DNA of 20,000 bases, from assembly GCA_041690595.1 (NCBI GenBank), contig JAWLHB010000021.1, positions 50,599 through 70,598 on the forward strand, in the 5' to 3' direction. The position numbers and the translations under genes were made by a program. The stretch is from Lentisphaeria bacterium (GTDB lineage: Bacteria; Verrucomicrobiota; Lentisphaeria; JABSQK01; JAWLHB01). Positions 1 to 7,971 of the stretch are shown in pieces. Position 1 is the stretch's first letter; each line of letters begins with the position of its first letter. Under the pieces are notes generated by a model. That model was not told where the DNA came from. It saw nothing but the letters and a program-made list of their open reading frames with translations, and made no database searches.

Positions 1-432
1 GCTGATTTCAAAGGAATCAGCGAGGACGAACTGGCTGCGGCAGGCTTCGGTACGGAACCATGCAGCGATGACAGCTTCAGCGACGACAGCGCCGACTTTG
101 GCGACGATATCGCGGCTGCCGGCTTTGGCAATGTCTTCGACCCCGAGGTCGGTAAGAGCTCCGGCGGCAATACCAATCTGGAGATGGTCTTCGAGATTCC
201 TGTCCGGTTGTGCGCCGAGCTTGGCGACACGACCATTTCGATCAAGGATCTGATGTCCTTCGGGCCAGGCTCCGTCATCGAGCTGCAGCGTCTGGCGGGT
301 GAGCCCGCGAACTTGATGGTGAATGGGGTGCTGGTCGGTAAAGGGGATGTGGTGGTGGTAAACGAAAATTATGGTTTGCGCATCACGGAACTGATCAGTG
401 CCGAAGAGCGGGTGCGGCAGCTGGCGCAGTGA
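1..432 (+). CDS. fliN: FliN/SpoA-family flagellar motor switch protein (5'-truncated by window edge)
   Basis: Frame 1 is open from base 1 (ADFKGISEDELAAAGFG...NTNLEMVFEIPVRLCAELG...). C-terminal SpoA domain: IPVRLCAELG, GSVIELQRLAGEP, VNGVLVGKGDVVVVNENYGLRITEL, ending ISAEERVRQL as in flagellar FliN. Confidence 0.88.
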   Translation, partial: ADFKGISEDELAAAGFGTEPCSDDSFSDDSADFGDDIAAAGFGNVFDPEVGKSSGGNTNLEMVFEIPVRLCAELGDTTISIKDLMSFGPGSVIELQRLAGEPANLMVNGVLVGKGDVVVVNENYGLRITELISAEERVRQLAQ

Positions 433-445
433 TGTGGAGGTCACG

Positions 446-1036
446 GTGAAAGAGTGGGTGAATCTTCACGCATGGCTCAACTGCGTGATAGCGCTGGCAG
501 CCATAACGGGCGCATGCCTGATCTGCTATCAGTTTCGCAGCCTGCCGGCCATCTATCTTGCCGGCGTCTGGATGGTGGCATGCTTCTTCGGTGTCCTGAA
601 CGCATTCTGCAACCATGGCACGAGCCGCCCGGTGCTCTCTCTCAGTTGGTCCCTCCTGCTTGTATACAGCCTGCCCCTGCTCCTGCTGCAGGCTGAGTAT
701 TCGGTGATGGATGCCATACTCGCCGGCGCCGCCGTGGCGGCACTTGTCTCCCTTTTCGGCCCGAGTCTTTGCGGCATCACCATGCTGGCGGGCACCGTGC
801 AGAGCATCGCCTTTTACTGGTATATTCTGGGTGAGCAGCTCTCGCTCGATGATCTCGACTGGCAACTTGCCATGTCCAACGCCTTGTTGCTCGTTATTGC
901 TGCCCTTGTCTGTCGCGCCCTCTTCTGCTGGCTGATCAGAAGCCGCGGGGGCCAACCCCGGGGGCACGAGCCGGCAGCCGTAACCGCCATCGACTCATCG
1001 GACGAAGGTAGTGTGCCCCCGGAGGTGACCGCATGA
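446..1036 (+). CDS. Multi-pass membrane protein, unknown function (~196 aa)
   Basis: GGAGG at 436-440 precedes an in-frame GTG at 446. About 5-6 hydrophobic segments. Stop overlaps the next ATG (ATGA, 1033-1036). Confidence 0.7.
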   Translation: MKEWVNLHAWLNCVIALAAITGACLICYQFRSLPAIYLAGVWMVACFFGVLNAFCNHGTSRPVLSLSWSLLLVYSLPLLLLQAEYSVMDAILAGAAVAALVSLFGPSLCGITMLAGTVQSIAFYWYILGEQLSLDDLDWQLAMSNALLLVIAALVCRALFCWLIRSRGGQPRGHEPAAVTAIDSSDEGSVPPEVTA

Positions 1037-1737
1037 TCCATCAGCCTGTTGCTGCCCCTGCCTTCCTCGAACTTCCTCGGCTGAGCCAGGTGATCCGTCA
1101 CCGATTGCGCAATTTCAGTGGCGGCGCCGGCATGGCGCTGCATTATCTCGAGAGTTGCTGCTCGAAGGAGGACGCGCTTGCCGGGGATTTTCTGGCTGCG
1201 ATGCAGGGTTCGGTCGAAGAGCTTTGCCGCTTCAGCGAACGCCTCGACCTGCTGGTCGACGTGCTGCCCGCCCCTCAGCCGGAGTATCTGGGCACTTGCC
1301 TCGATCAGCTACGCCTGCGCCAGGAGCGGCAGTGGCCCTACGCACATCTTGCGATTCACGGCGACATGCCGGAGCTGACGGTGCGCTGTGGCTCCTGGCT
1401 GGTGATCGTCCTTCAGGAGCTTGTCTCCAACGCCTTCGAGGCACAGCCGCGGGATGGCTCCCTGCAGATCGAGATCACGGCCATCGAGCCGCTCTGCATC
1501 AGCCTGATGAATCCTCCCGGAGATGCCGTTGGTCTGCCGCCTCTGCAGGCAGGCCCTTTCACCCATGCGCGGGGTGGGCATGACGGCATGGGACTCGCCC
1601 TTGCCAAGCGCCTGTGCCACGCCGTCGCCGGTGACCTCGCCACCGACTGGACGGACACACGCCACATCTGCGTCACCCTGCGCTGGCCGGAGCTGCCTAA
1701 AGGTGAAAGATCTTGCCCAGATCCACGACTTTGCTGA
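1033..1737 (+). CDS. Sensor-less histidine-kinase-like protein (HisKA-like helix + HATPase_c), degenerate
   Basis: GGAGG at 1021-1025. H-box-like IRHRLRN, N-box LQELVSNAFEA, F-box-like GPFTHARG, G2-box GMGLALAKRL. Confidence 0.75.
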   Translation: MIHQPVAAPAFLELPRLSQVIRHRLRNFSGGAGMALHYLESCCSKEDALAGDFLAAMQGSVEELCRFSERLDLLVDVLPAPQPEYLGTCLDQLRLRQERQWPYAHLAIHGDMPELTVRCGSWLVIVLQELVSNAFEAQPRDGSLQIEITAIEPLCISLMNPPGDAVGLPPLQAGPFTHARGGHDGMGLALAKRLCHAVAGDLATDWTDTRHICVTLRWPELPKGERSCPDPRLC

Positions 1738-2404
1738 GCCGGTAGTGCACATACAGGAGAAAAAGGGCCGGGGGCACCAGCGAGCCAAGGACCGGCAGTG
1801 ACCAGGTGGGTAAAGGCGCACCATGCAACTGTAAGCTGACGATCAGGTTCAGCACAAAGCAGAAGATCCCGATCCCCAGCAGGATCAGCGCCGTGATATT
1901 TGCCCAACTGGTGCGCACAAAGCAGGCAATCCAGATCACCCCCGCGATCACCAGCGACAAGGTCATCATGATGGGCAGGGCAAGGGGAAAGAACCAGTTG
2001 AAGCCGCCGGCCACAACATCGACACCAGCCAGCAGCAGCGTCGTTGTCAGCATACCGCCCCCGAGCAGCCAGGCGGGACGGTTGGTCATGAAGAGAATCA
2101 ACCACGCATACCACCAGCCTGCTGCCAGCGCCGGCGCGCAGTAGGCCGCCCAGGTGAGTCTGTCATTCATGAGGTAATCGATGGCCAGCACCCCGAACAG
2201 CGTCCCGAACATCAACACGGTCAGGACCTCGATCATCAGGACGCGAATTCGCCGGCCGGGGATGCGCAGTTGCGGCGGCGGGTCGGGCTCCATCGGGTAG
2301 GGCGATTTGAGCACGGGTTCAGTCGTCTGCAGGTGGCCACGGCACAGAGGACAGCGCTCCAGTCGCGCCTCCACTTCCACTCCACAGCTGCTGCAGTATA
2401 CCAT
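1697..2404 (-). CDS. Zn-ribbon membrane protein (DUF6320-like)
   Basis: N-terminal CSSC...CPLC ribbon, then SPYP, then about 6 TM segments, ending KIFHL. Lies directly downstream of an alcohol-acetyltransferase-like gene, the usual context for this family as I recall it. Confidence 0.75.
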   Translation of the reverse strand: MVYCSSCGVEVEARLERCPLCRGHLQTTEPVLKSPYPMEPDPPPQLRIPGRRIRVLMIEVLTVLMFGTLFGVLAIDYLMNDRLTWAAYCAPALAAGWWYAWLILFMTNRPAWLLGGGMLTTTLLLAGVDVVAGGFNWFFPLALPIMMTLSLVIAGVIWIACFVRTSWANITALILLGIGIFCFVLNLIVSLQLHGAPLPTWSLPVLGSLVPPALFLLYVHYRLSKVVDLGKIFHL

Positions 2405-2416
2405 TGATATCAGCCT

Positions 2417-3715
2417 TTATCGGAATTGATTGCTTTCGATGCGGACCGCCATGCCCTGAGCCGCGAGCAGGCGGAAGAAGTGAGCTTCCAGCAGGGGATC
2501 CTGCATGGTGCGGCCAAAGGTAATATAAAGATTGTCGCCAAAACTGACGACCCCGCACGATACCCGCCGTGCCGTCGGCGGCGGAGGGATGAACTCGAAG
2601 CGCTCCACATGCTCTTCCAATGGCGACGGCAGCGTCACCCGGCCAAGATTCGACAGGCCGCTGCTGGTCCGCCCCTGGGCCATCACGTCATAGACGACCG
2701 ACAGAGCCCAGTCCTTGATCACAAGTGGCACAACCCGGATCAGCGGGTTGATCTCCGCCCGCACGTTGCGCCCCATCTGCTGCTTGAGGTACTTGTCGTC
2801 GATCTCACTGCGCATGTAGTGATGCACGCGGCGCAGGATCTCCGCAAAGGAGTAATCTCCCAGTCGGGGATCGATCGAGGGGAGGACGGGAAGAAAGAAG
2901 TTACGCATGGTGCGGGAGGGGAAGTGCTGGCGCAGGTTCACGGGAACGTCGATGCGTATCGGGCGTTGCAGACGGCTCCTGACCCGGGGCGGCAGTGCCT
3001 GGATCACCTCCTGAAACGCGTGCAGATAGTCCGCGATGAGCAACTCCCCCATCGACACGCCTTCAGCCCGGGACAGATCGCGCATCTTCTGGACGGATAC
3101 AATACCGGTGGTGACGTGATAGACCCCCTTGGGCTCCAGAGGATGCGGCAGGTGAAACGCGGGCGTCTCTCGGCGGGGAGGCGGAATACCGGGCTGCCAG
3201 TAACGGCGAAAGGCATCCTCGAATTCCTCTGGATGCAGCTCATCGCCCGGCCGCATGAGGTCATTCGGTTCCTGGGGCACGACCCCGAGTCGCCGCAGGT
3301 ACTCCGCCACCAACGCCCGCAGGAAGGCCAGCGCTCCCGTGCCGTCCGTCACCGCATGCGCAAATTCCACCGCGATGCGTCGATGGTAGACCCGCACGCG
3401 GAACGGATAGGTTCCCCGCTTCTTCAGTTCGTAGTCCATGCAGGGAAAACGCCGATCCTCCACCACCTGTGGTGACGCTCGATTCATAGCCAGGTGGTAC
3501 CAGAAGAAACCGGGACGCAGATGCACCGCAAAGTAGGGAAAACGGGGCATCAGCGCTTCCAGCGCCGCCTGCAGTTCAGCCACCCGCACCGGCCTTTTCA
3601 GCGTGCAGGAGAGCCGGAACAAGGTCGTGATGCGCCGGGTGCTGATCGACGAGAAGATCTTGCCCGCGTTGTCGAGACGGAACCACGGATCATGTTGCGC
3701 AACAAGTTCTGGCAT
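2417..3715 (-). CDS. Alcohol acetyltransferase / condensation-fold CoA-dependent acyltransferase
   Basis: N-terminal WFRLDNAGKIF, catalytic HxxxDG motif (HAVTDG), VPVNLRQHFPSRTMRNF, SNLG. Confidence 0.85.
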   Translation of the reverse strand: MPELVAQHDPWFRLDNAGKIFSSISTRRITTLFRLSCTLKRPVRVAELQAALEALMPRFPYFAVHLRPGFFWYHLAMNRASPQVVEDRRFPCMDYELKKRGTYPFRVRVYHRRIAVEFAHAVTDGTGALAFLRALVAEYLRRLGVVPQEPNDLMRPGDELHPEEFEDAFRRYWQPGIPPPRRETPAFHLPHPLEPKGVYHVTTGIVSVQKMRDLSRAEGVSMGELLIADYLHAFQEVIQALPPRVRSRLQRPIRIDVPVNLRQHFPSRTMRNFFLPVLPSIDPRLGDYSFAEILRRVHHYMRSEIDDKYLKQQMGRNVRAEINPLIRVVPLVIKDWALSVVYDVMAQGRTSSGLSNLGRVTLPSPLEEHVERFEFIPPPPTARRVSCGVVSFGDNLYITFGRTMQDPLLEAHFFRLLAAQGMAVRIESNQFR

Positions 3716-3762
3716 GCACGGCTAAGGCTGGATGTGATCCGTACGGAAGGGTGATACACATT

Positions 3763-3790
3763 AGTATAGGGTACTCCTTGCGGGTATCAA
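3763..3790 (-). promoter_or_regulatory. Putative sigma70 promoter for the acyltransferase/membrane-protein pair
   Basis: Minus strand TTGATA (3790-3785), 16-bp spacer, TATACT (3768-3763), about 50 bp upstream of the ATG at 3715. Confidence 0.55.
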
Positions 3791-3817
3791 GTAGCCCAGC
3801 CTGAGGCCGCCTCGCCC

Positions 3818-4456
3818 TCAAGAGCTGGCGCCCATCGCCATCTGGCCGGCGCGGCGACTGGTTCGCGCGCTCTGCCGATACTTCAGCGACTTCACTGAAC
3901 GGTAGCCCTTGCCCGTATTCAGGTAACGGTAAAGCCGCAGATACGTGTTGCCTTCCACCAGCATCATCAGCGGCTGTGGCACCTGATCAATGCACGCCAT
4001 CGCCGCCTTCACCTGCGAATCCCAAAGTGGATGCAGCTTGTCCAGATCTCCGCCGGAGATCCGCTGACGACATTTGTCGGAACCGCATTCGCACGCCATG
4101 CTGTACTCCATGTTGAACATGCCATAGTCGTCGGTGACCTGTTCACCTGCCTGGATATCGCGGATGGCGATCTCGAAGCCATAGCCGGTGCTCAGGGTGT
4201 TCGGCTCGCACGAATGATTCTCGAATCGGGCCAGGTCCCAGCTCATGATCAGCTGCCCCTGCGGATCGCGATACGAATAGCGCTCGATTATCGGCCCATA
4301 GATTGGATGCTTCACCCGCTCGTCATCCGCCGCGAAGACCAGCTCCAGCTCGTCCTTGACGTAGACGAGCGTGCCGCGCGGAATAAAGGAGGTCGCAAAC
4401 AAGCCGTTGCCGACGGTATCGCTGATATGACGCAGCTCCGTGTGGGGATGAATCAT
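3818..4456 (-). CDS. SET-domain protein-lysine methyltransferase with post-SET cysteines
   Basis: Likely start MIHPHTELRHISDTVGNGLFAT at 4456, with GAGG upstream. Motifs GxGLFA, RFENHSCEPN, AIRDIQAGEQVTDDY, CECGSDKCR. Confidence 0.9.
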   Translation of the reverse strand: MIHPHTELRHISDTVGNGLFATSFIPRGTLVYVKDELELVFAADDERVKHPIYGPIIERYSYRDPQGQLIMSWDLARFENHSCEPNTLSTGYGFEIAIRDIQAGEQVTDDYGMFNMEYSMACECGSDKCRQRISGGDLDKLHPLWDSQVKAAMACIDQVPQPLMMLVEGNTYLRLYRYLNTGKGYRSVKSLKYRQSARTSRRAGQMAMGASS

Positions 4457-4471
4457 CGGGCATATCCTCAG

Positions 4472-4706
4472 GATGGTTGGGAACAGTGAGGTGGCGTTTG
4501 TCGGCCCCCGCATTCCCCTCCATCAGCCACACAGGATCTGGTGATCCGTCCTGTGCTCATCCGGGGTGGCATGACTGCGCGAGCAATGGATCGCTCCATT
4601 TGCCGACACACACAATGCAGTTTACAGGCGTTGCCGCGGCAACCTTGCCGCGTATCCCGCCAGGGGTTGACCAGGCCCGGATGAGAACGGTCGGAAAACC
4701 TGATGG
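4472..4706 (-). other. Densely base-paired intergenic region / candidate structured leader upstream of the SET gene
   Basis: Complementary pairs: 4556-4565/4676-4685 (10 bp perfect), 4520-4526/4700-4706, 4530-4536/4549-4555, 4583-4590/4595-4603. Palindrome 4630-4643. Long imperfect hairpin 4472-4524. Confidence 0.35.
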
Positions 4707-4830
4707 TTTACGAATTGCCATACTATAGCGCCAGCGTTAACGCCGTCGCGTTCTTTTTTCGGTCACAGGCAATAATTTCTTTGGCCGGTTTTCCGTCGAT
4801 GGCCAAGTCACTGCTCCACCAGCCAGCAGA

Positions 4831-5145
4831 TCAGCTCATGTAGGAACAGCAATAATCGGTTACCGCGCGCACCCGGAGCTCGAACTTCGAATGCCCGGGC
4901 ACCTCGAAGCACTGCCCGCCGGCAACGGTTTGCCATTCCGCCACACCGGGCAGAAGAACATCCAGATCGCCCCCCAGGATCTCCATGATTTCCGCCGTAT
5001 CCGTCCCAAACGAATACTCGCCTGGCAGCATGATGCCCAGCGTCTTCCGCGAGCCATCCGCAAAAAGTATCGAGCGGCTCGTCACCTTGCCATCAAAGTA
5101 GACATTGGCCTTCTTCACTACCGTCACGCCCTTGAACTCATCCAT
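4831..5145 (-). CDS. ppnP: Pyrimidine/purine nucleoside phosphorylase (YaiE/DUF1255)
   Basis: [14 protein letters not shown]...[15 protein letters not shown]...EIMEI...FEVPGHSKF...DYCCSY matches the PpnP cupin family. Purine-rich RBS upstream. Confidence 0.92.
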   Translation of the reverse strand: MDEFKGVTVVKKANVYFDGKVTSRSILFADGSRKTLGIMLPGEYSFGTDTAEIMEILGGDLDVLLPGVAEWQTVAGGQCFEVPGHSKFELRVRAVTDYCCSYMS

Positions 5146-5356
5146 GGCTTCTTCCTTCGTGATTGTGTCGATCGTTTCGTTGCAAGAAGCTAATGATCGA
5201 TCCTCCCTGATTCAAACTCCCCACAATGATTTTCAGCTCCCGACAGCGGCCAACGACAGTAACGCGCTTGTCGCCGGCATTCTTCGGCGATAAGCTACCC
5301 CTCTTGGTTTTGGTCCCGCTGCCTTGGTAACCACATTTCACGAGAGGAGAGGCCGC

Positions 5357-5908
5357 ATGTCCCGCATTCTGTTGCTTGGTGATTCGATCCGTTTGAGCTA
5401 TCGGGAGCGTGTGAAGGCGTTGCTTGACGGAGAGGCTGAGATCCACGGACCCGATGACAACTGCCGCTTCTGCACCTACACCCTCTTCAGCCTCGAGCCC
5501 TGGCTCGGTGAAGGCCAGTACGATGTCATCCAGTGGAACAATGGCCAGTGGGATACCTGCTACATGCCCGATGGCAGGATCTTCATTCCGCTCGACAGTT
5601 ATCTCGAACAGGAGCAGCGCATCGCGACCATTCTGCAGGCGCGAACAAAACGGCTGATCTTCGCCACCACCACGCCCGTTGGCGGCGATATGTTCGCCGC
5701 CAATCGCCCCCGTCCACGAACCAATGCCGACATAGCCGACTACAATGCCGCCGTCAGCAAGATGCTTGAAGGCATGGGCGTCGAGACTATCGACCTGCAC
5801 ACGCCGGTGCTCGCCGACCTGCGTAACTGCATTGGCGACGACATGGTGCACCTCACGCCCGCCGGCGTCGAACTCTGCGCCGGTCTGGTGGCCGATAATC
5901 TCCGGTAG
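5357..5908 (+). CDS. SGNH/GDSL-family hydrolase (esterase)
   Basis: AGGAG RBS before the ATG at 5357. Block I LLGDSI, block III WNNGQWD, FATTTPV, block V DMVH (DxxH). Confidence 0.88.
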   Translation: MSRILLLGDSIRLSYRERVKALLDGEAEIHGPDDNCRFCTYTLFSLEPWLGEGQYDVIQWNNGQWDTCYMPDGRIFIPLDSYLEQEQRIATILQARTKRLIFATTTPVGGDMFAANRPRPRTNADIADYNAAVSKMLEGMGVETIDLHTPVLADLRNCIGDDMVHLTPAGVELCAGLVADNLR

Positions 5909-5916
5909 ATGAGACG

Positions 5917-5954
5917 CAACAGCGCTGGATCCAATGAAGATTCCAGCGCTGTTG
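5917..5954. terminator. Hairpin between convergent genes (possible bidirectional terminator)
   Basis: Perfect 13-bp inverted repeat CAACAGCGCTGGA / TCCAGCGCTGTTG with a 12-nt loop. No U-tract on either side. Confidence 0.5.
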
Positions 5955-5981
5955 ACTGAGGGAGCTGAGCTGTTATACGCC

Positions 5982-6215
5982 TTAATCGGGGGTCGGAGCG
6001 TCTTCCATCTCGGTCTCGGTCTCGGGCACGGTGGCCGCATCAGGAGCAGGGGCCGTCTCGGTGGTTCCGGGAGCAGGAGCGGTCAGTTCCCGTTCTTCTG
6101 CCTGGATGCTGTCGGTCTCGGGCATGTCACCTTCGTCTGTCTGTTCCACGTTGCAACTGGTGACGCCTAAGGCGAGCGCGAGCGTGCTCATGAGTACGAG
6201 TAATCGCTTCAACAT
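5982..6215 (-). CDS. Small acidic lipoprotein (77 aa)
   Basis: AGGAG RBS, then MLKRLLVLMSTLALALGVTS-C (basic N-region, hydrophobic core, lipobox), followed by a low-complexity E/T/P/A-rich tail. Confidence 0.8.
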   Translation of the reverse strand: MLKRLLVLMSTLALALGVTSCNVEQTDEGDMPETDSIQAEERELTAPAPGTTETAPAPDAATVPETETEMEDAPTPD

Positions 6216-6273
6216 GATAGATTCTCCTGGTTTCTGGTTACGGGGCCATTGACTGCCCTTAACTTGACCCGGG

Positions 6274-6295
6274 AGTATAGCATATCGCGGGCCAA
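6274..6295 (-). promoter_or_regulatory. Putative promoter of the lipoprotein gene (sigma54-like -24/-12 overlapping an extended -10)
   Basis: Minus strand TTGGCCCGCGATATGCT has canonical GG-N10-GC spacing and overlaps TGcTATACT (TGn + -10). Confidence 0.45.
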
Positions 6296-6384
6296 ACCAA
6301 CCATTCTGAGGCGGAATCGCACCGTTCCGCAACATCGGCACGCATGGTACCGCATGCAGGCTGTAAAGAATCCCTGACACTTTT

Positions 6385-7971
6385 TCAGTGGGCGCCGACC
6401 CGCTGCCTCCACTCTTCATAGAGTGTGGCCAGCCGCTCCGCGACGTCGGCATGCCGGTCGATCAGGTTGTTCAATTCGACCCGATCATGCTCGATCTCAT
6501 ACAACTCCCAGGCGCGATCGTCATTGCGTCGGTCGCTCACCAGTTTCCAATTGCCCAGCCGAATGGCACGGTTGGTGTAGTGTTCCCAGCAGAACATGCG
6601 CTCGGGCGGATAATCTCCTTCACCCGTGAGGAGTGGCATCAGGCTGGTTCCTTCGCACGGCTGAATCTCCCGGCCGCCGAAGCATTGCGGATACTCGATC
6701 CCGGCCGCTTCGAGGAAGGTCGGCATGAAGTCGATCAGGTGCGCCGGCTGATGGCAGATCCCGGTCCGCCGCAGCCGCTCCGGCCATGACACAATCATCG
6801 GCGTTGCAATTCCCCCCTCGTGTGCCCACGACTTGTAGAGGCGGAACGGCGAGTTCGACGCGTTGGCCCACGGCAGATCGTAGCTCATGAAGGTGTGCAT
6901 GCCGCCCGGCGTGCGCCGTCGCGAGTTGCCGACCGCGACTGGTCGCCCATCCGTCGCGGCCACGCTGTAGAACTCGGGCCATCTGCCGGTCTCCCCGTCC
7001 TCGCGCAGAAACTCCGCGCAGCCGCCGTTGTCCGAGAGGAAGACGATGAGCGTATTATCGAAGACCTGATGGTGCTCCAGCCGCTCCACAAGGCGGCCGA
7101 TATTCTGGTCCATGCGGTCTATTTGGGCTGCATAGGTGGCCATGCGCAGATCCTCCCACTCATGGTCGGGCGCATCCTGCCAAGCGGTGGCATCCGGATC
7201 TCGGGGCGAGAGGGGCCAGCGATCTTCCAGTATGCCCTCTTCCCGTAGTCGATAGTGACGCCGATGCCGGATCTCGTCCCACCCGCAACCATAGCGGCGC
7301 CGATACCGCTCGATATCCGCCGGAAAAGCATGCAAAGGCCAGTGTGGCGCCGTATACGCGAGATAGAGGAAGAAGGGCTTCTCCTCTCCCACGGCGCGGT
7401 CCACCTCCCGAATGGCATGATCGGTGACCGCATCCGTGAAGTAGTACTCCTCCTCATCTGGCGGCACGAAGCGATCGTCGTGCATCAGCGTAGGCGGATT
7501 GTAATAACTGCCCGCGCCGCAGAGCATCCCGTAGTAGCGCTCGAAACCGCGCTGCGTCGGCAGGGGATGCCCCTCGGTTCCCGCATCTCGCCGCCACTGC
7601 TGGGGATCGGGAATCGAATACTCCCCGCCCACATGCCATTTCCCCGACAGGATCGTCCGGTATCCGCCTGCCTGCAGCAGCTCGGCAATGGTCACCGCGT
7701 CGCTCCGCAGATACCCCTGATAAGCCGGACTCCCGCCGTTGCCGACCATGCCGCCGATGCCCGCCTGGTGTGGATACAACCCGGTCAGCAGGGTGGCCCT
7801 GCTCGGACAACAGCGGGCGCAGTTATACATCTGGCTGAAGCGCAGCCCCCGGGACGAAAGGCGGTCGAGAGCGGGCGTCGCAATCTCGCTGCCGAAGCAG
7901 CCGATGTCCGAGAAGCCCATATCATCCGCGAGGACCACGACGATGTTCGGGCGCCTGGCGGCGGCGTTCAT
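6385..7971 (-). CDS. Arylsulfatase (formylglycine-dependent family S1, Cys-type)
   Basis: RPNIVVVLADDMG, CCPSRATLLTG (CxPxR), SGKWH, YTAPHWPLH, FLSDNG, HEGGIATP. No signal peptide. Confidence 0.95.
   Translation of the reverse strand: MNAAARRPNIVVVLADDMGFSDIGCFGSEIATPALDRLSSRGLRFSQMYNCARCCPSRATLLTGLYPHQAGIGGMVGNGGSPAYQGYLRSDAVTIAELLQAGGYRTILSGKWHVGGEYSIPDPQQWRRDAGTEGHPLPTQRGFERYYGMLCGAGSYYNPPTLMHDDRFVPPDEEEYYFTDAVTDHAIREVDRAVGEEKPFFLYLAYTAPHWPLHAFPADIERYRRRYGCGWDEIRHRRHYRLREEGILEDRWPLSPRDPDATAWQDAPDHEWEDLRMATYAAQIDRMDQNIGRLVERLEHHQVFDNTLIVFLSDNGGCAEFLREDGETGRWPEFYSVAATDGRPVAVGNSRRRTPGGMHTFMSYDLPWANASNSPFRLYKSWAHEGGIATPMIVSWPERLRRTGICHQPAHLIDFMPTFLEAAGIEYPQCFGGREIQPCEGTSLMPLLTGEGDYPPERMFCWEHYTNRAIRLGNWKLVSDRRNDDRAWELYEIEHDRVELNNLIDRHADVAERLATLYEEWRQRVGAH

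Noticed and set aside
28..128. Repeated AAAGFG peptide in the acidic FliN linker
   Set aside because: A short low-complexity duplication in a disordered linker. It cannot be assessed with the N-terminus outside the window.
2426..3475. Long antisense ORFs (also 5138-6040, 7255-8034, 8031-9008, 8891-9760, 11390-12202, 12510-13397, 14445-15266)
   Set aside because: Shadow ORFs opposite well-supported genes, as expected from high-GC codon bias.
4575..4606. c-di-GMP-I riboswitch (minus strand GGCAAA + GNRA hairpin)
   Set aside because: Lacks the GACGCAAA segment and the second conserved stem.
4553..4688. SAM-I riboswitch on the + strand (CTCATCC...GCCGCGGCAACC...GATGAG)
   Set aside because: The P2 kink-turn/pseudoknot motifs and GGTGC are missing, and no + strand gene lies directly downstream. 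Kept only as an unclassified structured region.
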